From the IMG/VR virus record IMGVR_UViG_3300045988_022668, positions 1 to 43,719 of that record: 43,719 nt of DNA, one strand, 5' to 3'. The position numbers and the translations under genes were made by a program. The notes below the pieces were generated by a model. The model was not told where the DNA came from and did no database searches. It worked only from the letters and a program-made list of their open reading frames with translations. This DNA comes from a virus. Positions 6,418 to 13,651 of the stretch are shown in pieces (position 1 is the first letter of the stretch; each line of letters begins with the position of its first letter).

Positions 6418-6768
6418 ATGATGGACGATAAATTCAGCGCACTTTTCGGCGCCGCGCTAAAGACGGATGATCGGGATAAGTATGTCTCCGATTGGGCCCT
6501 TTTCTCCGAATGGGGAGATGCCGCGGATGCCGAGGTCCCCGATCAGAGGATTAGCGCCCTCGGTGCCCTCTGGGATGTGGCCCACGCCAGTATCCGGGAG
6601 ATCCGGGCCTATACCGGCCTCACCCGTACAAACTTTGCCCTCCGCTACCTGATTCCATACCGCACCGTGGAGAATTGGGAGCGGGGCGAAAGCCAGTGCC
6701 CGGATTACGTCCGGCTCCTGCTGGCTCAGGTCACTGGCTTTTATCGCCGCCCGGGAGAAAGCCAATAA
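6418..6768 (+). CDS. HTH DNA-binding protein (116 aa), Aca/antitoxin-like regulator
   Basis: C-terminal IREIRAYTGLTRTNFALRYLIPYRTVENWERGESQCPDYVRLLLA resembles an XRE-type HTH. Starts 7 nt after the upstream stop. Confidence 0.7.
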   Translation: MMDDKFSALFGAALKTDDRDKYVSDWALFSEWGDAADAEVPDQRISALGALWDVAHASIREIRAYTGLTRTNFALRYLIPYRTVENWERGESQCPDYVRLLLAQVTGFYRRPGESQ

Positions 6769-6769
6769 A

Positions 6770-6802
6770 AGGAGGCCGTGCCCAAATTGGGCACGGCCTC
6801 CT
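6770..6802. terminator. Terminator hairpin between convergent genes
   Basis: AGGAGGCCGTGCCC-AAATT-GGGCACGGCCTCCT 14-bp stem. UUUUAUU follows on the minus strand. The plus-strand side is weakly U-rich. Confidence 0.75.
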
Positions 6803-6803
6803 C

Positions 6804-7040
6804 TTATCCCTTGATATCATCCGCCAGGTGGGCATAGGCCCTCCGGCGGAGCTTGTAGAGCCCGTCCACGCTGAGGTTAAGCCGGGCGGCAGTCTGCAGG
6901 CAGCTGCGGCCCAGGATATCCACCTCAACGACGCAGGTCTCCTCGTCCGGCGGCAAGCCCGCCGCACGGACCGCCTCCGTGGCCCGGCGTGGGGCCATGC
7001 CGGAGAGCAGCGCTCTGATCTCCCGGTGCTGTGCGTCCAT
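6804..7040 (-). CDS. Small sigma-region-4-like/HTH protein (78 aa from ATG 7040; 86 aa from GTG 7064)
   Basis: ETCVVEVDILGRSCLQTAARLNLSVDGLYKLRRRAYAHL resembles a sigma-70 region 4 type HTH. No SD at either start. See the frameshift finding. Confidence 0.5.
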   Translation of the reverse strand: MDAQHREIRALLSGMAPRRATEAVRAAGLPPDEETCVVEVDILGRSCLQTAARLNLSVDGLYKLRRRAYAHLADDIKG

Positions 7041-7115
7041 GTGATCGCCGGACTTGCAGGACACGGCGGGGCCGTGCGGATGTCGCCATCATCTGGCTTG
7101 CCTCCTCTCAGATTG

Positions 7116-8129
7116 TTAGCCCGTCCAGTCGGCCCGATCCTCCCGGACGTCGATGTGGGTAAAGCCCTTCTTGACGTAGACGCCCACGCCGCCCCAGTCG
7201 GGCATGATCTCCCGGGCGTAGGCAAACACCTGGGCCGGGGTCTTGCCACGGACCACGATGTCCGCCGCCGTGCCGTAGCAGTGCTGGGAATGGGCTACGC
7301 CGCCGACCTTGGCGTTGTACTGCGGTGTCCGGTAGGCGCTGTGGATGGTCACCGGGGCCGCAAAGTGGCTCCGGATGCTCTGCAGCACCATCACCAGCCG
7401 GGGGGCCACCAGGACGGCGTCGCTGCCGTCGCTGCAGGCGAACTCGCGCACCTTGAAATTGCTGGACAGCCTCTTGCCGCCGTCCTTGGCCTTGCTGTAT
7501 GCGTTGATCTCTACCATAGGCTTGCCTCCCTCCGGCTCGTTATCGTTGAGGTATACCAGGATATAGTGCTGCACCCTCCGGGAGCTGGTGATGCGCTGGC
7601 CCTGGAAGTCGCACTGGCTGCTGCCGCCGCTGTCCAGCATCACGGCGCTGTCCCAGCCCGCCTTCACCAGGTCGCTCCGCAAGTCCTCCGGCGTCCTGGC
7701 GGCCCCGGAGCCGTCCCGGGAGCAGTAGAGGGCCAGACGGTCGCCCTTGATGCCGATGGCGCTCCTGCCCCGCTTGCCGCCCTGGCCGGGATCGTAGGTG
7801 AGCTTGCTCAGGGCCTTACCGCTGACGATCAGGGGCGTGCAGGCGATGTAGTTGCGGGCGCTGTCCGGCAGTGCGTCCATGCGGATGTCCGGCCCCTGGC
7901 CCCAGGCGTAGCCCGCCACGGTGTAGGCGGGATTCGCCAGGACCTTGCCGTCCACCTTGAGGTGGCAGTTGACGGCCAGGGTGCGCATGTTGTAGAGGGT
8001 GCCGTTGAGGCCGTAGTCCGCCCCCGTCTCCCGCATGATCTGGGTCAGGGTCCGCCGCCGGGTGTTGACGTAGATCTGGATGCGGGCGATCCGGGAGAGC
8101 GGCACGGTGACGGCGCAGGGGTTACTCAT
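7116..8129 (-). CDS. Endolysin: N-terminal phosphodiester-glycosidase-like (NAGPA/DUF2233-type) domain plus C-terminal M15-type peptidase domain (337 aa)
   Basis: C-terminal SAYRTPQYNAKVGGVAHSQHCYGTAADI...GFTHIDV matches the Zn-binding pattern of M15 peptidases. N-terminal SAIGIKGDRLALY...AVMLDSGGSS. The ATG overlaps the holin stop. Confidence 0.8.
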   Translation of the reverse strand: MSNPCAVTVPLSRIARIQIYVNTRRRTLTQIMRETGADYGLNGTLYNMRTLAVNCHLKVDGKVLANPAYTVAGYAWGQGPDIRMDALPDSARNYIACTPLIVSGKALSKLTYDPGQGGKRGRSAIGIKGDRLALYCSRDGSGAARTPEDLRSDLVKAGWDSAVMLDSGGSSQCDFQGQRITSSRRVQHYILVYLNDNEPEGGKPMVEINAYSKAKDGGKRLSSNFKVREFACSDGSDAVLVAPRLVMVLQSIRSHFAAPVTIHSAYRTPQYNAKVGGVAHSQHCYGTAADIVVRGKTPAQVFAYAREIMPDWGGVGVYVKKGFTHIDVREDRADWTG

Positions 8130-8388
8130 TGAGCTGCCGCATGGCCTGGTTGGCGCCGGTGGCGGCCAGGCCGGAGACGATGCCGATGGCCGCCGCCGTG
8201 ATGTAGTCGGTGGCCGGGAAGTCCGGCATGATGTACATGGCGGCGATGCCGAGGATCAGGCCGCAGACGCCGCAGATGATGGGGATCCACTTGCTGTCCA
8301 CGGCACTGGCCTTGACGGCCTGCCCGATCAGCAGGCAGATGACGGTGATGGCCGCCACGCCGGTAATGCCCATAGCGTTGATATCCAT
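8122..8388 (-). CDS. Holin (88 aa, 3 predicted TM helices)
   Basis: Start at MDINAMG follows AAAGGAG. The track ORF 8122-8649 is an unsupported Arg/Gly/Pro-rich N-terminal extension. Hydrophobic segments ITGVAAITVICLLIG, WIPIICGVCGLILGIAAMYI, AAAIGIVSGLAATG. Directly upstream of the endolysin. Confidence 0.75.
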   Translation of the reverse strand: MDINAMGITGVAAITVICLLIGQAVKASAVDSKWIPIICGVCGLILGIAAMYIMPDFPATDYITAAAIGIVSGLAATGANQAMRQLNE

Positions 8389-8408
8389 AGTGCGCTCCTT
8401 TCTCCGGG

Positions 8409-8708
8409 TCAGCCCCGGATGACCTTGCGGCCCTTGACCTCGTACCAGCTGCCACGGAGGCAGACAAAGGCGGGCATCTCGCCGCAGTCGGTGTCCACCA
8501 GCTCGTTGTCCCGGACCTGCACGGGGTCCAGGGTGCCGGTGCCGGTATCCAGCAGTCCCCAGCCCGCCTCGATCATCTCGGGCGTCAGCTTGGGGCGGTC
8601 CGGGTCCAGCATCACGGGGTGGCCCAGCTCCCGCAGCTTGGCGTTGCACTCCTCCAGGGTGATTGCGCCCTGGGCGTAGGCGTTGATGGTGTCGGTTACC
8701 TTACTCAT
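8409..8708 (-). CDS. Hypothetical protein (99 aa) in the lysis cassette
   Basis: GAGAGGAG SD. No recognisable motif. Confidence 0.55.
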   Translation of the reverse strand: MSKVTDTINAYAQGAITLEECNAKLRELGHPVMLDPDRPKLTPEMIEAGWGLLDTGTGTLDPVQVRDNELVDTDCGEMPAFVCLRGSWYEVKGRKVIRG

Positions 8709-8723
8709 ACTTGTACTCCTCTC

Positions 8724-9020
8724 TCAAATCCCGCCGCTGATGAGCCAGGCGGCGAAAGCCCCCACCAGAGCCGCCAGCAGCGTGCTTACGATACTGTCCC
8801 AGCGCTTGCCGGGCCGGGCCGCGAGGCCCTTGACATCCTCCTTGATCTCCGCCAGGTCCTGCTTCACGTGCCCCTGCTCGTTGGCCAGCTCCCGCACGGA
8901 GGAGGTCAGCTCCAGCAGGGCCTTCTGGTCCGCCTCCAGCTTCTTGATCCGCCCCTCGTTGCGCTGGGAGCGGTCGTCCACCTTCTGCAGCTGGATCGCC
9001 AGGTTGGTGTTGTCGTCCAT
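8724..9020 (-). CDS. XhlA-like coiled-coil membrane protein (98 aa)
   Basis: N-terminal coiled coil (LQKVDDRSQRNEGRIKKLEADQKALLEL) plus a C-terminal TM helix (IVSTLLAALVGAFAAWLISGG), the XhlA haemolysin-family layout. GGAGGTG SD. Confidence 0.65.
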   Translation of the reverse strand: MDDNTNLAIQLQKVDDRSQRNEGRIKKLEADQKALLELTSSVRELANEQGHVKQDLAEIKEDVKGLAARPGKRWDSIVSTLLAALVGAFAAWLISGGI

Positions 9021-9031
9021 GGGTCACCTCC

Positions 9032-9181
9032 TCAGGCAATCCCGCCGTACTCGGCGGGGACCAGGCCCAGGAGGCCCAGCTCACCCACCAGGATGTCCGC
9101 CACGGCCTGGCGGAGCTTGGGGGGCACCTGGGCCCACTGCGTGCGGCCCTCGGCCACTCTTATGGCGAAAAGTCTTGCCAT
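9032..9181 (-). CDS. XkdX-like small protein (49 aa), below the ORF-track cutoff
   Basis: GAGAGAGGAG SD. Sequence MARLFAIRVAEGRTQWAQVPPKLRQAVADILVGELGLLGLVPAEYGGIA. Typical position between the tail fibres and the holin module. Confidence 0.5.
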   Translation of the reverse strand: MARLFAIRVAEGRTQWAQVPPKLRQAVADILVGELGLLGLVPAEYGGIA

Positions 9182-9198
9182 GCTCTCACTCCTCTCTC

Positions 9199-9594
9199 TC
9201 AGGCGTAGACCACGCCTGCCATCTCTACGATGCAGTCCTCCAGCATGGCCCCGCTCTCCACAGCGGCGGCCAGCTTGGCTCTGAGCTCCTTATTCTCCGC
9301 CTCCAGCGCCGCCAGGCGCTGAGCGTCCGTGGGCTGCTGGGAGGGGGCGATGTCCCCCTCCGGGTAGAAGGTCCCGGTGCCGGCGTCATAGAGCCAGCCC
9401 TCCGGGGGCTCGGGCTGCAGGAAGCGGGCGTCGCCCTCCTGCTCCGGGTCGTAGCCCCAGCCCTCGAAGACGTTGTCCGGGGCCTCCACGAAGAGGTCTG
9501 AGGGCGGGAAGCGCCCCACGGTGGAGGCCACGCTGGGGAACTGCGCCGTGGCGTCCCAGTGGCACCAGCCGCCTACGATGTGAAATACCTTCAT
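9199..9594 (-). CDS. Hypothetical tail-fibre-associated protein (131 aa)
   Basis: ATGA coupling to the upstream fibre gene. C-terminal coiled coil RLAALEAENKELRAKLAAA. Confidence 0.55.
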   Translation of the reverse strand: MKVFHIVGGWCHWDATAQFPSVASTVGRFPPSDLFVEAPDNVFEGWGYDPEQEGDARFLQPEPPEGWLYDAGTGTFYPEGDIAPSQQPTDAQRLAALEAENKELRAKLAAAVESGAMLEDCIVEMAGVVYA

Positions 9595-10853
9595 CCTGTC
9601 ACCTCATAAACGTAGTACTTGATAACGCAAACGCCGTTACCACCAGCGCCGCCATTGTCGGTGTTGTGGCCTCCGCCGCCGCCGGCGGCATAGCCGCCAT
9701 CTCCGCCGCTTCTGTCACTACTGCCGCCAGCGCCGCCAGTGCCAGCGGATCCATAGCCGCCGCCACCGCCTCCGCCGAAGTCTCCGGTGCCACCAGCGGC
9801 TCCATAGCCACCACCGCCGCCGCCGCCGTAACCGACGCCGCCATTTCCGCCGTTTCCGCCATAGCCTCCTCCTCCGCCGCCGCCGAAGCTGCCGCCGTTT
9901 CCGCCATTTCCACCATAGCCGCCGCCACCGCCGCCGCCAGCTCCAGAACCAGCGGATTGAGCTGTCCCCGCGGTTCCTTGCCCGTTGTAGTCGAGCCCGG
10001 AAATGTTTGTGGTATCGGTGCCATTTTCTCCGTTTGCTGCGGCGATTTGATTTGTGCTGGACATTCTTCCTCCGGAGCCGCCGGATCCACCGTGCGTACC
10101 TCCCGTACCTCCAGCGGTCGGTGCAGGACTTCCGGAGTACGTTCCGCCGCCGCCACCGCCGCCGCCGTAGCTGCCGCCATTTCCGCCATTTCCGCCAGCA
10201 TAACTGTCGTCTCCGCCGCCACCGCCGCCGCCACCATAGTCGCCGTTGCCACCACGCTTGTCGTAAGCTCCGCCGCCTCCGCCGGAGCCGCCATCTCCTG
10301 CGGTATCGCTTGATCCGTAACCTCCGCCGGAATTTCCGCCAGCGGCAGAAATATGAGCGCCGAAAGAAGACGTTCCTCCCGCACGGGGATATTCTCCACC
10401 GCCGCCACCGGCGCCAATGGTTACCGTCACGTTTGCCCCTTCTTCGAGGTCAAACGTTCCGTGGGCCATGTGCCCGCCGCCGCCGCCATGTCCGCCGACG
10501 CTGTTAGAGGAGCCGCCACCGCCACCACCGCCGCCGCCGAAGATGCGGACGTCGATCTCCCCCGCATGCGCCGGGACGGTCCAATCCTGCGTCTCCGTGA
10601 TGATAACGGTCTTGGCAACCTTGCGCTTGTGGGGCAGGGACGCCAGGGCGTCGTCCACGGTGGGGTCTGCGGGCCGGGTGCTTGCGTCCGGCCAGATAAG
10701 GGCCGCCGTCTCGTCGCTGAGGAGGGTGGCCTTGTTGAGGGGTGTGCCCTCCTGCTGGGGACTGTCCGCCCGGCTCATGTCGTAGGTGTTGGCCTGCCCG
10801 GCCACGGGCGTGAGCTTCACCCGCCCCGGGTACAGGGGTACTCTATCCTTCAT
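9591..10853 (-). CDS. Glycine-rich tail fibre protein (420 aa)
   Basis: N-terminus MKDRVPLYPGRVKLTPV, as often seen at the start of phage tail fibre proteins. Long GGxGGxG tracts, including runs of 8 or more Gly. AAAGGAG SD. Confidence 0.7.
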   Translation of the reverse strand: MKDRVPLYPGRVKLTPVAGQANTYDMSRADSPQQEGTPLNKATLLSDETAALIWPDASTRPADPTVDDALASLPHKRKVAKTVIITETQDWTVPAHAGEIDVRIFGGGGGGGGGSSNSVGGHGGGGGHMAHGTFDLEEGANVTVTIGAGGGGGEYPRAGGTSSFGAHISAAGGNSGGGYGSSDTAGDGGSGGGGGAYDKRGGNGDYGGGGGGGGDDSYAGGNGGNGGSYGGGGGGGGTYSGSPAPTAGGTGGTHGGSGGSGGRMSSTNQIAAANGENGTDTTNISGLDYNGQGTAGTAQSAGSGAGGGGGGGYGGNGGNGGSFGGGGGGGYGGNGGNGGVGYGGGGGGGYGAAGGTGDFGGGGGGGYGSAGTGGAGGSSDRSGGDGGYAAGGGGGHNTDNGGAGGNGVCVIKYYVYEVTG

Positions 10854-10868
10854 TGCTCGCTCCTTTCA

Positions 10869-11546
10869 TCATACCTCTCCGGCGTACAGGTCTCCGGAGA
10901 AAAACCACGCCTGGCTCATCCGGGTAATGGCGTCATCCACCGCCAGGAGGATGCTCTCGATGGCGTTGGCCTCCTCCCAGCTGAGGCCCAGCATGTCCAC
11001 GGGGGCCGGGGGCGTGCCGTCCCGCGGCGGCAGTGCCGCCCGCAGGGCGGCGATATCCGCCAGATACGCCGCCATCTCGGCCCTGGTGGGGATGTCCGTC
11101 TCCTGCCAGTCCATCCGGGGGGCCACGGAGACGGAGATACCGCAGCCACGGAGCCGCCCCGCCACGTAGTCCACGGCGCTCCCCACCCGGTTGAGGTCGC
11201 TGGCGTTGTAGGCACCCCGCATCTCGCCCAGCCACTCGGTCCGCTCCGCCGCCGTCATGCCCGCCCAGCCCTTGGCGGCCAGCGCCTTGACCCGGCGTAC
11301 ATCCGCCTCCGTCCGGTCCGTGATGAGCCCCTGCAGGCCGTAGTAGAGGGTCAGCTCGTAGCTGGCGGAGGTCCCCAGCGAGTTGACCGCCGTCAGGGAG
11401 ACCCGGTATCGCTCGTCCGCCGCCCGCTCCACCGTGGCCTGCCAGGCGTCGTCCATTCGGGTCCAGGTGTAGGCCGTCCCGTTGACGGTGCCGGAGACGT
11501 AGATCACCTCGCTGGGGAGGGCGACGCTCAGTGCGCGGGTGCTCAT
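10869..11546 (-). CDS. Tail fibre/baseplate-associated protein (225 aa) ending WFFSGDLYAGEV
   Basis: Position within the fibre block. C-terminal motif shared with the 12449-13651 product. Confidence 0.55.
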   Translation of the reverse strand: MSTRALSVALPSEVIYVSGTVNGTAYTWTRMDDAWQATVERAADERYRVSLTAVNSLGTSASYELTLYYGLQGLITDRTEADVRRVKALAAKGWAGMTAAERTEWLGEMRGAYNASDLNRVGSAVDYVAGRLRGCGISVSVAPRMDWQETDIPTRAEMAAYLADIAALRAALPPRDGTPPAPVDMLGLSWEEANAIESILLAVDDAITRMSQAWFFSGDLYAGEV

Positions 11547-12445
11547 GTGATGGTGACGGAGATCACCATCGTCGCCCCGGCGTCAACGGGGTTGGGAGTG
11601 ATGGTGGCCGCCGTGATCTGGGGCACGGAGGTGTCCAGGGTCACCGTCCGGGTGACGCTAGAGGTCTTGCCGGCGGCGTCCGTGGCCGTCACCTTGATGG
11701 TGTTGCTCCCGCTGGCGAGGGTGATGGACTTGGACCAGGCACCGCCGGTGCCCACCGTGACAGCGCCCTGGTCCTTGCCGTTGAGCTCGATCTTGATGGT
11801 CACGGGGCTGCTGGTTGCGTCGTTGGTGGTGCCCGCCACGGTGAGGGTCTGCGAGTTGGTGATGAGGCCGTCCGTGGGGCTTGTGACGTTGAGGGTGGGC
11901 GGCACGGTATCCACCGTGTAGGTGGTGGACCTCTGCGCCGCGCTGTTGCCGTCGTAGTCCTTGCAGTCGATGGTGACGGTGTGGCTGCCGTCCGTCAGGG
12001 CGGCGGCCGGGGTGTACGTCACCTGGTAGCCATTGGTGATGGCCGTGGAGCTGATGGCGGAGGCTGCCGCTGCCGTGCCGTCCTGCTTGACGACGAGGCT
12101 CGTGAGATCCACGCCGGAGCCGCCGTCCTCGTCCACCACGGTGAAGACCACCGGCTGCTTGTTGTTGCTGACGTAGGCCCCGGAGGAGGGCGACAGGATC
12201 GTGATGACCGGCGCCACCCGCTCCCGGACCACCAGGCGCAGCCCTGTGAGGGTGGAGCCGTCCGCCTGGCCGGTGGTCCCGGCGTCGTTGGTGGCCTTGA
12301 CGGTGACGTTGTAGTAGCCGCCGCTCTGGCCGTAGCTGGTCTTCCCGGGGGCCGTGATGGTGGCCTCCCACTTGCCCGTGGAGCTGTTGAGCGCCAGGGT
12401 GTATGTCTGACCGTTGATGACGGCCTGGACTGTCTTAATGGCCAT
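11543..12445 (-). CDS. Ig-like repeat tail protein (300 aa)
   Basis: Repeated Thr/Val-rich beta modules (YNVTVKATNDAGTTG, HTVTIDCKDYDGNSA, NTIKVTATDAAGKTS), typical of bacterial Ig-like domains. Confidence 0.65.
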   Translation of the reverse strand: MAIKTVQAVINGQTYTLALNSSTGKWEATITAPGKTSYGQSGGYYNVTVKATNDAGTTGQADGSTLTGLRLVVRERVAPVITILSPSSGAYVSNNKQPVVFTVVDEDGGSGVDLTSLVVKQDGTAAAASAISSTAITNGYQVTYTPAAALTDGSHTVTIDCKDYDGNSAAQRSTTYTVDTVPPTLNVTSPTDGLITNSQTLTVAGTTNDATSSPVTIKIELNGKDQGAVTVGTGGAWSKSITLASGSNTIKVTATDAAGKTSSVTRTVTLDTSVPQITAATITPNPVDAGATMVISVTIT

Positions 12446-12448
12446 GGG

Positions 12449-13651
12449 TTATACCTCCCCGCTGTAGAGATCGCCGGAGTACCAGGCCTCCGGCTCCAGG
12501 ATGAGCACCGTCTCCGCCGCCGAGAGGGACAGGACGGTCTTGGCGTTGATGTCGCAAGGATTGATGGAGAAAACGGCGTCCGAGAAGGTGATCGTTCGGA
12601 AGGCGAAACCCTCCAGGGTGGATGCCGTCAAGGCAGCCGGGTCGCTGTCGCCGTCGGCGTTGTAGGCGATGAGGGAGTAGCGGTAGCTCTCCCCCGGCTC
12701 CACGTCGCTGTCCGTGTAGCTGGTGCCCGTCAGGGTGGCCAGCAGGGCCCCGTCCCGGTAGAGGCGGTAGCCCGTGGCGTCCGCAGCGGCGTCCCAGGCC
12801 AGGCCCAGGGAGAAGTAGTCCTTGGCGGTCTGGTGGAAGTTCGTGGGGGTCTCCGGCCCCTGGGGGAAAACCTCCAGGACGGTGATCCGGGCGTAGCCGT
12901 CGCCGCTGTGGCCGGTCTCCGCCGTGCCCGTGGGGCCCATGAAGGATGCGCTGCCCGCCGTGGTGCTGGCGTTGGCCAGGTGGTACTCGCTGCCCAGGAG
13001 ATAGCCCGTGGGGGCGTTGGAGCCCGTCCAGACGAAGCCGCTTCCGCCGCCTCCGCCTCTGTCATCGTCACCGGAGCTGTCCGGGTAAGCGCCTCCGCCG
13101 CCGTACCAACCGCCGCCACCGGCACCGCCGTAGCCGCTGGAGCGGTAAAGGCCCTCGCCGCCGACGCCGAAGGTGCCGGAGTTGCCGGACCCGCCCGCTC
13201 CCCCGGCGGTCTGGGTGCCCCCTCCGCCGCCGGTGCCGTAGTTTGCCGTGTTGGTGCCGCCGCTCTCGCCGCCGCCGTACATACCGGCCTTGCTGGAAGC
13301 GCCGTCCGATCCGCCGCCGCCCGCCACGATAACACGGGCGTAGAGGTCGTCCTGTCCGATGCGGATATCCGTGCCGCCGCCACCGCCGTTGTAGGTGCTC
13401 CGCTTGCCGCCGCCGTTGTAGCCGCCGGAGGTCTTGCCGGTGTTGCCGCTGCCGCCCACCTGGACGTAGAGCGTGGTTTCCTCGTTGAGCGTCAGCTCGC
13501 CGACAGAGTATCCGCCCTTGCCGCCGTAGGCGGTGTTGGAGCGGTATCCGCCCTGGGCGCCCCAGCACTCCAGCCGGTAGCGCCCCGGCGGCAGGACCAC
13601 CGTCTGCGCCGCCCCGGTGTAGGCGTAGTCCAGGATATCCCCGGCGGTCAT
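12449..13651 (-). CDS. Glycine-rich domain plus FN3-like tail fibre/receptor-binding protein (400 aa) ending WYSGDLYSGEV
   Basis: YRLECWGAQGGY...GGKGGY...GGGGGTDIR glycine-rich domain. FN3-like LAWDAAADATGYRLYRDGALLATLTGTSYTD. Confidence 0.7.
   Translation of the reverse strand: MTAGDILDYAYTGAAQTVVLPPGRYRLECWGAQGGYRSNTAYGGKGGYSVGELTLNEETTLYVQVGGSGNTGKTSGGYNGGGKRSTYNGGGGGTDIRIGQDDLYARVIVAGGGGSDGASSKAGMYGGGESGGTNTANYGTGGGGGTQTAGGAGGSGNSGTFGVGGEGLYRSSGYGGAGGGGWYGGGGAYPDSSGDDDRGGGGGSGFVWTGSNAPTGYLLGSEYHLANASTTAGSASFMGPTGTAETGHSGDGYARITVLEVFPQGPETPTNFHQTAKDYFSLGLAWDAAADATGYRLYRDGALLATLTGTSYTDSDVEPGESYRYSLIAYNADGDSDPAALTASTLEGFAFRTITFSDAVFSINPCDINAKTVLSLSAAETVLILEPEAWYSGDLYSGEV

Noticed and set aside
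6675-8132. 485-aa plus-strand ORF across the lysis region
   Set aside because: It is antisense to the endolysin and holin genes, which have recognisable domains. The composition is Gly/Ala/Arg/Pro junk.
9591-13651. Diversity-generating retroelement targeting the fibre genes
   Set aside because: There is no reverse transcriptase gene anywhere in the genome and no template/variable repeat pair. The similarity between the two fibre genes is low-complexity glycine codons.
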